A DNA stretch of 41,268 nt, from NCBI GenBank assembly GCA_001600815.1, contig BCKZ01000003.1, positions 934,581-975,848 of the forward strand, written 5' to 3'. Under the pieces are notes generated by a model, which saw nothing but the letters and a program-made list of their open reading frames with translations, was not told where the DNA came from and ran no database searches. The stretch's first letter is position 1; each line of letters opens with the position of its first letter. Made by a program: the position numbers and the translations under genes. Shown here one piece after another: positions 1 through 11,440 of this stretch. The stretch is from Alloascoidea hylecoeti (Eukaryota).

Positions 1-540
1 CTGTCGTTGCATACAAAAGAAGAAACAAGCACATACGCTAAAGTTGCGAAAAAATTTAGAATTCCAAAAAGTATCCTTCAAGCTCCCCTCCACGGTAGAT
101 TATTACGAGAAGACTCTCACCGAAAAGATAGAGTTCTCTCTACTTTTGGGGAGAAGTAGCTGGTTCGTAGACCATTGGAGTTCTCTAAAAATGGTTGTGC
201 TGCCAATCTAACGCGGTTTCATGAGCTGGCTGATGAGATAATTGTGCAGCGTGTGGAAAACGATCCATCTCATATATTACCAAAAAAGAACTCGATAAAG
301 GTGCATTATTGTTCCAAATCTTATCATACAGTGTTCATTAAAAGAAATCCCTTGCTCCCTTATAAAAAAAAGAAGTTCGCTGAGACTTTAAGAAGAGTTA
401 AAATTAACGAAATAAATTGAGGAAAAATTCGTTCCACATGAAGATTTCTCTGGAGAATTGAAATCTCCAGAGTTTGTTAATAAAATTTACGAAGTGTGGT
501 TGAAGAAACATATCGTATATCTAATGATGAATTACGCGTT
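1..540 (+). mobile_element. Degenerate pogo/Fot1 (Tc1-mariner superfamily) transposase N-terminal fragment
   Basis: Frame 1 reads STYAKVAKKFRIPKSILQAPLHGRLLREDSHRKDRVLSTFGEK*LVRRPLEFSKNG...ELADEIIVQR...VFIKRNPLL. This fits the psq-type HTH followed by the CENP-B/Tc5 HTH of fungal Fot1 transposases. In-frame TAG at 157-159; the 5' part lies outside the window; the right boundary is approximate. Confidence 0.65.
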
Positions 541-999
541 TGGGAAAATCACTTCCAGGGGATGAAGCAAATTTTATTATCTCATATTTCCATTGAAGTG
601 TTCGAAGATCCCCTATAAACTATTCGAAATGGAATTTATACTTCTAAGAGGGGAACGGCACTAATTGTAAACAATTCTTGGGAGATAGCAAAGAAAGATG
701 GGTGTTAAAGATGGGTTTAATTAGTTTCTAATTATGTATATCTGTTGCTGGTTTCGCAATTCGTCGTTGAAATGTAACAATTTGGAGGTAAGCTGGTACC
801 CTTTTTGACTGTTATCATATAGCTACACCAAATACCATCTTTTGTTCCTGATAATATTTTATTATAAACTATTTAATCTATAACTACTTATTATAATTGT
901 TAATATTAATGTAAATATTTATTTATTTATATCATCAAACTTGTGAGCACTAAAATGTCTATTTATATTTAAATTTGAACTATATCTGTTGTTTCCCCT

Positions 1000-1290
1000 A
1001 CTTACAAATCGAATCGTCGACCACTTCGTCTTCCTCAAGAGTTTCAAAGCTCAGATCTCACTCATCATTGATAATTGTTGCTTCGTTATTGAGAACCCTC
1101 TTTCTTCTGTTCGTGTGGTAAGACCTCAATTACATTTTCTTCCAACGTTTGTCTCAATTTCACAATCATTGAGAATGTGTTTCTCTGTTTCTATTCCTGG
1201 TTGCAAATGCATAGTATGCATTTATTCAATGAGTTATTCGAATCTTTATTTGATTGAAATTCCCAGTGATGTGAATAATTTAACAACCAA
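1000..1290 (-). mobile_element. Possible hAT transposase C-terminal (dimerisation domain) relic
   Basis: Frameshifted minus-strand translation gives KLFTSLG...KIR...KMHTM, resembling the hAT ERLFSxxGxxxxKxRNRL motif, followed by an acidic tail SFETLEEDEVVDD. Many stops. Confidence 0.25.
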
Positions 1291-1398
1291 AATTATGAAA
1301 ATAAAAAAGACCTAACACTAAGCAAAAATTCCTATTACTAATGTCATAGGCTCACTCTTTTTTCCCAAAATATTAAGAACTAAAAATAGAAAAATAAA

Positions 1399-1469
1399 TG
1401 CGTCAGCCCGGAGTCGAACCGGGGGCTCTTCGATGGCAACGAAGAATTTTACCGCTAAACCACTAACGC
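1399..1469 (-). tRNA. tRNA-Gly (anticodon GCC), intronless, 71 nt
   Basis: Reverse complement GCGTTAGTGGTTTAGCGGTAAAATTCTTCGTTGCCATCGAAGAGCCCCCGGTTCGACTCCGGGCTGACGCA folds as a cloverleaf. It has A box TGGTTTAGCGG, B box GGTTCGACTCC, anticodon stem CTTCG/CGAAG and a downstream T-run terminator. Confidence 0.98.
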
Positions 1470-1474
1470 TTTCA

Positions 1475-1826
1475 TGTTGTCTGTGAAGGAACCCACATTA
1501 TAGCCACTATCAGGTATTACTTATTGAGTCTATCCCTGAAATATATTCTACAGCTCTTGAATTAGCTAGTTCAGAGATAGATATTGCATTCTACCACACA
1601 TGTAATACCTTAACATATTTATCACTTCTAGGACTTGTTCTATTAATAGCTTTTGGATTTATCTATATAAACGTAGGATAAAGCCCACTCTAATGGGAGG
1701 TTAGCTTTAATACATTTTCCTGTTTAGATCTTGATCGTCGTCTGTATCTGATTCCGCCATTTAAATCTATTGTAAGCTATTAAGTCATTAGTAGCTTACT
1801 TTACATTATCTCCGAAAGCGGTAACA
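1475..1826 (+). mobile_element. Solo LTR (352 bp) of a probable tRNA-targeting retrotransposon
   Basis: Begins TGTT and ends AACA. Flanked by TTTCA (1470-1474) and TTTAA (1827-1831), a 5-bp target-site duplication with one mismatch. Internal TATATAAA at 1664-1671. Size is typical of yeast LTRs, and it abuts the tRNA 5' end. Strand is inferred from the TATA only. Confidence 0.7.
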
Positions 1827-2089
1827 TTTAAATAAATTAAGGAAATCCTTTTCGGAACCAGTCAGTTGAGAACTTTATAATATCATGAAAAAACTAAGAA
1901 TCTCGCACTGAACTACATATTGCAATGAATATATCCTTAAATTTTTATAAGACAATTAATTATCTAATTTACGTGAATTTGAATAATGTAAAAATAGATA
2001 CTCTATGTTTGATTTCCTCAATTAAATAGTTTATATAGTTAAAAGATATAAGCGGAAATTACATCAATAAATAGTCCTACAACACGAGC

Positions 2090-2700
2090 TCAATTTGGGC
2101 GCTTATGTGGTATTATTCACACAGCATAATTAAATATAATCCGTTTAGTTGTTTATTTTCTCTACAGCTCATTCGAAATTTTACCCTAAATATTATACCC
2201 AAGGTTCATAATTAAAGAACTTCTTGTTACACCCAAGCCAAGAAGTTTGGATTAGTTGAGCAAGCATTGTTACGCATCAGAGAAATTTATATGAAATTCT
2301 ATAGTAAATTGTGAGGAGGATTCAATAGCTTAATGCAGACATTTTGTGGATGATAAAGAGTTATGGAATAGTAAAGATAATATAATATTTAGAGAAATAT
2401 TGGAGGCCTGTTCTACAGCCATTAACATTACATTAGAGGTCGACTAACGAATTATTACTGGTGGTGTTTCCGTTTAACTAATAAGGTTACCTTATATGTA
2501 TCAAGCCCTCATCTTTCATTTCTCGTCTTTCATTTTTTTATTTAATTACTCACTATAAATTTCATGGATGGCTATTTAAAACCTTATATCAGTAATGTAT
2601 CGTCGTGATGCAAGATTAAATATGAGACAAAAATCCGTGGATTAAAATTTTACCTCTATCATTCACCGTGTGATTTTTATCCTCAATAAAGTTGCAGTCA
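2090..2700 (+). mobile_element. Possible heavily degenerate hAT transposase core relic
   Basis: Colinear remnants across frames: GIIHTA*LN (CxxH-like), LVTP...WIS...ALLRIRE (TRWxS-like), DDKELW...EILEACSTAINITLEVD (FW...ILxP..AI..LExD-like). Multiple stops and frameshifts. Confidence 0.3.
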
Positions 2701-5529
2701 TAATGTTTGTAGGCCGGATATATCAGTAACAAAAGCTCTCCAGGAAATGATGATAGTATTTATTTTGAATCTTAGAAAGATATAGAGGTAGTTGTTGAAT
2801 TTGGGAACTAAACATTATAGCTAAGTTTGTAATATTGTTATTTATTATAAGTGTAACTATTCGGCATGTTTTAGTATGTTATATGTATATGCACATAGCT
2901 ATAAATTTATGCAAGTGACTTTAGGCGGATTGTGACATACAGAACCAATTAAAGTCCAATTAAAATGATGGTATTATGCAAATGTTCATTTTGCTTTTGT
3001 CCCACTCACTGATGGTGTATCCCTTCCATCTTTAATACTCTTAATACTAATATATTTTGATAGTTAGTAATAGATTTTAATTATTATTTAACTTATGTGT
3101 TGAGCTTCTTTTCTTGAAATCTGGTAACTTGATTAAATATAAATGTTCAAAAGAAAGGTTTAAGCTTGTATTCGAACCAGTTAATAAAATGATACCCTAA
3201 TAAACTTATTTTAATTTGAATGGAAAAGTTATAGATCTAATCAATATTAATATTGAAATTATTTGCGAGTTGTGCTAATACTAATATTATCCCTTTCACG
3301 TATAATTAAACCTACAATTGAACTATTGTCAAATTTTAAATATATTTTGAGTTCTTCTAAGCTAATTATCAATTAATATTGCTCATATATAGCATAATAC
3401 AATTGGAATTTAACAGAATGGAACAAAAAAAGATTGAACAATATAAATAAAGTTTTCAAGTCACGTACCGTACGTGACATTATGGTATATAAGATCTTAT
3501 AGAAGGCGCCTCGCTGTTTTGTTTTCCGTTTAGTTTTTATAATGGTAATATAAGGATTAATAATAATTTTACATAGGAGCTGTAAAGAAATAATGTCTGA
3601 AGCATATAAAGGTGATAATCCCACCGGAGTCTCGCTACTCGCTTGCTCTTATGACACAAGCAACACAAGCAATGCTGTAAAACGTTAAATTAATGAGCTT
3701 GCACAGGAACAACAGAAGGTAGCGACTGAAGCTCCAAAGGTCTTTATGAGCCCGAAGGAACTAAATCAACAAATAAGTATTATAATATTCAATATATGTT
3801 GCAATTTCATTTAATTAAGTGTATCTGCATGTAGAAAATGGTAGAGATCAATGATTGTTTTGGTTGTATGCAAGACCACTCGCGACTAGATCACCTAACT
3901 ACCATCATATTCCAATTCGTTCAATTCTAAAAAAATAACTAAGTAAGTATAATTATATAGAAAACTAATGTTATATTTATCATAAATATTTAACATTCAT
4001 AGCATATATTGTCATTTTAAATTCTCCAAGATAGTTCTTGAGCTAGCTAGATTGTTAATGTGATTAAAATCCAATTAACAATTCAATTTATATTTTTGAG
4101 AAGAAAATATAAGAAAATGTTTTGTGAAATAAATATTAGCTAATTATGTCTGAAAGCTTTAATATAGGTCAAATAATGACCAACCCTACATATTTACAGT
4201 AGTAGGTGATCGATTGTAAAATGTCGAGCTTATACTAATAAGTTGCTAACCACTTAGATCACAATACAATTGGAATCAACATTGACATATCTATATGCAT
4301 AGATTGTCAACAATATATTATATTCATTACAAGTTGAAGCTTAAGCTTAAGTGAATTGAAATATTTATTAGTGTTGATGGTTTAAAATTAAGCAAACAAT
4401 CAGTTTCATTTTGTTTAAAAACGTTGTATACTCAAAATGTGTTTCGCTTTCGAAAATGTGAAAAAAATTATTAATATATGGAAAAAATTAACTTCTTTTT
4501 AAACTCGATAAATATATCATTTCAAATAAATAGATAGACAAACAAAAGGTTCATAAAAGTTATTGGTCAGTTGTCCAAATTTGGACTCTAGAACCTAATT
4601 ATATCACACACCTCAAGAAAGAAAAAAAGATATTACAAAATGAAAAGATTCAAAATGATTAATAAATTGTTAAATAATAAAAAAAATATTATTAAATATT
4701 AGAAAATGATATCAATTCAATGAATCAATAAAAATTATAGATTTATTATTAATATGATTGTTGGTTGATGATTTTTCAAGATAAAGGGATTGTTGAAATG
4801 ATTTTTTGTTCCACCATGACAAAAAATGAGATAGAGTTTTATATAGTGAATTTAAGGAGTTTTAATAAAAGTTATAAATTTGAAAATGGATTAATTAGAT
4901 TTAAAATCATTAGATGTATATTTTCATCAATATTTGGTATGCTGATTAGAAATGGTTGAGACGTTGTTGCTGATTTTATTCATCGTGAAGAAGATCACTT
5001 GATTGAAACATGGAAGGGTTTTTTAAATTTTGGTTTTGGTTTTTTTTTGAGAGGTGTTTGGGCGTTGTAATAGTGAACTTTTAAACCATCAGGATGCTGC
5101 ATCACCAATTGTAAACACATTCTATAAAATTGGATCCACAGCCTCGGCATTACCTGAAACTGCCAGTGCATGAAATAGCAAATGCCTCACTTTTACAAAC
5201 GGAATAAAGTGTATCCAAATTGACCAATAGCATCGGAGTAGCAAAAAACAGCATCACGAATCTTGCCTTTTGCCCTCTCGAACAATGTCCCGGGTACGCT
5301 TTACGATGACCGGGCTTTTTATGCTACGTTATTGTCATCACAACTCACCCGACATATGTTTTATCTCTGTGATACCCCTACCACGACCCGCACAGCATGG
5401 GATTTAGAGAGCCCAAACTAAGCTAATTGCCTTTCCCCCCTTTTTTTTCCTTTCCTTTCTTTTACTCCATCGTCCATACCCGTACAATCTTCTAAAGTTT
5501 ATTATTGAATACTGCTTATTCCATTAATA

Positions 5530-6501
5530 ATGTCTAACAAAACCGAAACTGCTAATGCTAAACCAAAGACTCCTGAACACCCTCCTTATAAAGGTATGTT
5601 TTGTATTCTCGTGTCACTGCCTTGTTCAACCAAAAACAAAAAAAATTCTCCTCAAAATACAAAGATCGTCGGAGTTATTTTTTAATTTTAAATAAAGAAA
5701 TACTAATATTTTATCTTCTCTTATATTAGTTTTAATTACTGAAGCAATTGTTTCATTAAAAGATAAGAAAGGTTCAAGGTATGTTTTCTGTTTTTGTTTT
5801 TTAAAATCTGGTGATTGATTTTCATTTCTTGGATGTTGATGTTTTGGTCGCGTCCAACACGTCAAATTTAAAAATACTAACTAATATATAGTCGTCATGC
5901 TTTAAAGAAATATATTCAAGCTACTTGGAATATTAGTGCTACTAATTTTGATAGCCAATTTAATTCTGCTTTGAGAAAAGGTGTTGTTGCTGGTGACTTC
6001 ATTCAACCCAAAGGCCCCTCTGGTCCAGTGAAGTTACAAAAGAAGGAATCAACCAAAAAAGTAACAAAGAAGAAGGCTACTACTCCTGCCACTACTAAGA
6101 CAGCCAAGGAACCTAAAGAAAAGAAGGTCGCGAAGGAAAAGAAAGAAGTCAAGGAATCCAAGCCTAAGAAATCTGCTGCTTCCACCACCAAAACTAAGGC
6201 TGCTACTACAAAGAAAGAGGTTGCTCCAAAGGCAAAGAAAGTCTCTACAACTAAATCAAGAGTGTCTAAGGCTAAAGCAGATACATCTTCTGATAAAGAA
6301 AACAAAGCGCCAAGTAAGAAGGAGAAAAAAGCTCCCTCTAAGACTAAAAAAGCTGTCGCTGATGAAAAAAGTAAAGTAACTAAACCAAAAGTTACAAAAG
6401 AAAAGAAAACTACTGCTTCAAAGAAAGCTGCTGCTTCTAAAGTTGAAGCTACTCAGCCTCCAAAGAGAAGACCAAGAAAAGTTGCTGTTGCCGCTGCTTG
6501 A
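5530..6501 (+). CDS. HHO1: Linker histone H1, 240 aa; join(5530..5593,5730..5778,5892..6501)
   Basis: Two GTATGT introns (5594-5729, branch TACTAAT; 5779-5891, branch TACTAAC) splice in frame to give [31 protein letters not shown]...[24 protein letters not shown], the H15 globular domain. It is followed by a K/A/T-rich tail. Confidence 0.96.
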
Positions 6502-7381
6502 AAAAAATATTTTCTTTGATGTTACAAATCTTTCCTCTTTTTTTTGTCGTGTCTTAGAGGTCAAATAATCCTCAACTTTTTTTTACATTCTTCTTTTTTG
6601 TCAATCTTATTCCTCGACATATTTTTTTACTTTTTTTAAATATATATATGTATGCTATGCTATGGTGGAGCGCTATTACTACTTCATCCTTTTCGTTATT
6701 ATTATTCAATTTTATGTTTCTATTTTGTTTTGTTTTGATAAAAAAAGAAAAAGCAAGATATTTTATAAGTTTTAGTTTTGATAACCGACTTCAATTTTGT
6801 ATGTTGATTATGCGTTGTATATTAACTATTCGTGTAATAAAGAATTGAAATGAATTGGATATGAATATTTTGGTAAGTATATCAAAGTAGTGTTGCAATT
6901 GTGTTTTTGTTTGTGAATTATTGATTTTTGCTTTGTAAACAAATCAGCTGCAGCTCTATGCATGTCAATTTTGATGCAGGGCTTATCACCAACAGCAAAT
7001 ATAAAAGATCGCTATTTACATAAAAATATAAAACAGGTTAAATTTTGGATATTCTACAATTTATAGACACATAAATTCAAATTCACTAGAAGCTTAAAAG
7101 TATTAAGTAAACGCTTTATGTTTTGTATGATATGCTATTTGTAGTTTACCTTATATTTTTACAGGGATAAAGTATGTACTAGTACAACTTTTTTTCATTG
7201 ACATCTATTCCATTGAAATAATTTAATATTTGATAAGGGAAATTCAATTGTTATCGCAATGAACCGCATGCATGTCAATATTGATTGTGATTTCTCATTG
7301 CATCAATTCTCACCATTTTAAAGAAGAAACTAATGAGTTTATTTAAAAATATTTATCTTCCGGTCGATTACTTTGAAATGA

Positions 7382-7486
7382 TTACCCGGATTGTTAATCA
7401 ATCTAAGCGCACGTGCCAATCTAGAATTATAGCGATAACGTTGAAGAAACAAATATTATAATTGCGCACACTCGTATTCCCACGTG
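7382..7486 (+). promoter_or_regulatory. Reb1-type site and two CACGTG E-boxes upstream of the RRM gene
   Basis: TTACCCG at 7382-7388; CACGTG at 7410-7415 and 7481-7486. Factor identities (Reb1; Cbf1/Pho4/Tye7 class) are extrapolated from S. cerevisiae. Confidence 0.4.
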
Positions 7487-8204
7487 ATGATTTCATCATT
7501 GCAGGACCGAGGAAGCCATGATATGGATATGAATATAAATACGAACATTATTGTCATTACTAGAGGGCCAGAGGCTCACAAAATCATCGCATATATAGTA
7601 AACTCAATTACGCTTTTAATTGTAAATGCATAACATACTGTATAACATATAAATTTGCCAGGATCATTATGGAAACTTATATTTCAGTTAATTCTGGAAT
7701 AAAATTGTAGGATTCATAGTAATTAGCATGTACAGTAGAAAACCAATGTGAGCAAAGAGAAGAAAGGTCCGGTATACATGTGGTTGTAAAGTAGCAATCA
7801 AATAAGAGAATCGATGAAATTTACTCATATCCACATATCCACATGGTTGAAACTTATTACATAAACTGTAATAAATTTGCCGGTCCCGTTATCCGGCCAT
7901 TGAAGGGAGCCGCTCCGAAACAGCGAATGATAATCCTGTAGCGAATCCCGTTAAGTTCAAATACTTTTTGAAGATCGAACCCGCTGCGGATCTTTTGTTT
8001 TCTCAGTTTTTTTTCTTTTCTTTTCAGTTTGTTAGGAAGTGACAATTTAAATTGTAATAAAAGTGTGCCAATCAGTTAATCCCAAATACTTGAAAGTTTA
8101 TTTTAACCAACCACAACAAATATAATTTCTTTTATATTTCGTACATATTTCTATCAATTGCGATTGACAATTGCAATTATTCAACGAAATAGATCTCTAC
8201 AATT

Positions 8205-10732
8205 ATGACTACAGAGTACCCCAACTCAACCGGAAATTCTGGATCAGTGCCTGGATCTGGATCTACCAGCGAAGTGCCAGATGAAAACTTTAATCCCAAA
8301 GCAGATAAAAGCAGAAAGAAAGCCAAGCAAATTCTCATCCGACACATTTCACCAACTTTAACGGAGCTTCAAGTTAAACAAAAACTGGAAGAACTCTACG
8401 GTTCAATTACAACGGAAGCGACGGTGGAGTTTGTAGCACATCCCAACCAAGGAGGCTCAAAGAGACCCGGCCCACCCAGCGCTGACGCGGGGCTTTCGTG
8501 GGACCGAGAGGGAAACCCGACTGGAACCCCAATTGGCGCCCCGACAGCAAAAGAAGATTGGAATAATGCAATTGTGACCGTGCCAGGCTCATTTCAAGGT
8601 ATGTTAATTTGATTATCCTTTTTATCCTTTTTACTCCTTTTTCCATTTTGTATCTCTTGATATTGTAGTTCTTCGTTCCAATTGGAAACCTCTCACATTC
8701 CAATTGTTTTCTCTTTCTTTGTTTGGTGTTTCATATTTGTCTTCATTGGGTGACTAACCTTTATCTTATACTATTACTAGTCGAGGAAGCCTGTGAAAAA
8801 ATAACAAAATCAACATCTTGGATAATTTCTCCTTTTTCTCCTCCAACTGAACCATCATCATTCCCTTTGTCACGTAAACTTTCTTCTTTTTCAAAATATT
8901 ATACAAAATCTTCATCATTATCATCATCATCAAAATTAAATATGTCCGATAAATATAATGGTAATATCTATGTTAGGAATTTAAATCCTTCAATGACCGA
9001 TGCAAGATTATATGAAATTTTTAATAAATTTGGTAAAATCTTTAGTTGTAAAATTGTTTATGATGAATATGGTAAATCTAAAAATTATGGTTTTGTTAAT
9101 TTTGATAATTTAAATGATGCTCAAAATGCTATTGATGAATTAAATGGTACAATTGTTGATGGTGAGAAATTATTTATTAATCATCACGTTTCAAGAAAGG
9201 ATAGACTTGGTAATTCAAATTCAAATAACAATCCAAATTTAAATTTAAATAATAGACAAAATTTATATCATTTTAATCAAAATGTTGGGTATCATTATCA
9301 TCAACAAAATGATAATTATCATAGGCGGTATAATTCAAATGATGAATCTAATAATGAAGAAGAAAATGAAAATGAAAATGAAAATGAAAACTTTACCAAT
9401 CTTTATATTAAAAATATTGGTTTAAGTATAACAGAAGATGATTTTGAAAAATTATTTTCAAAATTTGGTGAAATTGATTCATTATATTTTTTAATTGATC
9501 AAAATAAAAAATCAAAAGGTGTTGCATTTGTTAATTTTAAAAATCATGATGATGCTTTAAAAGCAATTGAAAAACTTCATAATTCAAACTTTAAAAATTC
9601 AATATTATCTGTTTCTAAATCACAAAAGAAATTTGATAAAAATAATAATACAAATAATAATTCGAAAAAATTTAATCATGATCAAGATACGATAAGTGAA
9701 CCTGGTGTTGATCATCATCGTCATAATACAATTGGTCCCCATTTTGGTTCCGTACCTTTACAACAAAGTCTTAGTTATAATGGTCCAAATGTTATGGGAG
9801 GTATTCACCATCCACCAATTCTAGATCCAAATTTTATAAATCCTCATCATGCTAGTCATATTCATGGAATTGGATTTCCAAAAAATATACCAAAATTTCA
9901 AAATTCAAATTTATATATTAAAAATATTCCATATGAATATACAGATGATGATTTAATTGATTTATTTAAAAAACACGGCCCAATTGTATCATCTAAAATA
10001 ATGACTGATGAAAAAGGTTATTCAAAATGTTTTGGTTTTGTTTGTTTTGAAAATATAAGTGATGCTATTAATGCAATGAAAGATTTAAACGATGCAAGAG
10101 TTGGTGATCAACAAATTCATGTTTCTTTTGCTCAAAAGAAAGACTATTTTTTTAATAACAATAATACTAATTATAATGTTAATAGTAATAATAATAATCA
10201 AAGATCGAATTCAAATCCCAATGCAAATATAAATCCAAATACACAAGCAAATGTAAGATCATTAGGTTTTAATCAATTTCAATATGTTAATCCAAATCCA
10301 ATCAATCATATTCCTCCACATATAAATGATCATCCGTCTGAAAATATCAACGTGGGACCCGGAATCCCTGCCCCAATCCCTCCAAACCAACCCCAGCCAC
10401 CGTTATACTATCCAATGACTTATCCATACGTACCAGGTACTGGACCAATCAATCCAGTTAATATGCCACAACAACAACAGCAACAACAGCAAACTCAAGG
10501 TCCACCAGCAGGTTATATGCCTATACCAATGAGGATACCCAATCAACCGCCAATTGGACAACCACCTAATCCTAATAATTCAATGATTAGTTTAACCCCA
10601 CAATACTATTATGGGGTTCCACCAGCACAAATGTATTATAATATACCACCAGGGAATATTCCTGGAAATATTCCTGGAACTATTTTTAACGCTTATAACA
10701 ATCCAAAAATAAGACATAACAATAAAATTCGG

Positions 10733-10768
<36 letters not shown>

Positions 10769-11440
10769 CGTGGACAATATCATGATAATTCGAATTTCAC
10801 ATATGGATATGAATTTAATAATCAACGACATTATTCAAATTCAAATTCAAGTTATGGTGGTTATGATTATGCGCCAACAAATATAAGTGGTGGAAATCAA
10901 TCAAGTACTGAAAATACAGTTACAGAAGAAAATATTAATGATTATAATACGTTAAATTATAATGATATTAATATTAATAAGCACAATGATTATAATTCTC
11001 AATTGTCGAATTTAATTACAATTATTTCAGTAACTAATGATGATAAAGAAAGAAGAAGATTAATTATTGAACATTTAAAGCCATGGATTTACAAACATGA
11101 GAATTATTCAAGTTTAAAGGATGAATTAAATCATTTAAATTCAATTTCTAATCCTAATTCTAATAATAATGAAAATGATAATGATAATGATAATGAAATT
11201 GAAAATGAAATTGAAAATGAAAATAATATAACCGAAGATTCATTATACGAACAGGTAGTTGAAAGATTATTAGAGTATGGTACAAATGTTACTAATATAT
11301 CATCAGAAATTGAAGAAAAAGAAGCAGAGGTTCAATTAGTTGAAAGTTGGACAAAAGATGAAAATTCAATGGTAGAACAAATTGGTCAAGCGATTGATGA
11401 TACAAAAAATGTATTTTTGGATGTTTGGAAAAATGAATGA
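8205..11440 (+). CDS. Divergent poly(A)-binding-protein-like 4-RRM protein (Pab1/Pes4-Mip6 family), 1017 aa; join(8205..8598,8781..11440)
   Basis: Intron 8599-8780 (GTATGT, branch GACTAAC 8752-8758, TAG) joins ORFs 8205 and 8723 in frame (...GSFQ-V-EEACEK). It has three clear Pab1-like RRMs (GNIYVRNL/KNYGFVNF; TNLYIKNI/KGVAFVNF; SNLYIKNI/KCFGFVCF), a degenerate first RRM, an N/Q/P/Y-rich region and an MLLE-like C-terminus. Confidence 0.88.
10736..10768 (+). repeat. (CAA)11 coding microsatellite (poly-Gln)
   Basis: Eleven perfect CAA units inside the RRM gene. A (GAAAAT)4 EN-repeat also occurs at 9362-9385. Confidence 0.9.

Noticed and set aside
4700..5050. Divergent small gene upstream of H1
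   Set aside because: Only 11-18-codon ATG ORFs on the minus strand, with no splice signals or homology.
6003..6305. Antisense hydrophobic ORF in H1, and similar shadow ORFs at 10592, 15978, 16309, 16317, 18437, 23171, 25938 and 34049
   Set aside because: These are opposite-strand shadows of real genes, explained by codon bias and low-complexity sequence, with no domain motifs.
7878..8040. GC-rich hairpins, a B-box-like GATCGAACC and a T-run suggesting a Pol III ncRNA
   Set aside because: No cloverleaf and no recognisable SRP, U6 or RNase P motifs. Position and the poly(T) tract fit the Pol II promoter of the RRM gene. An Rfam/Infernal scan would settle it.
8723..8780. ORF-track start and hydrophobic N-terminus of the 905-aa ORF
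   Set aside because: It lies inside the intron (branch GACTAAC, acceptor at 8780) and uses a non-ATG start.
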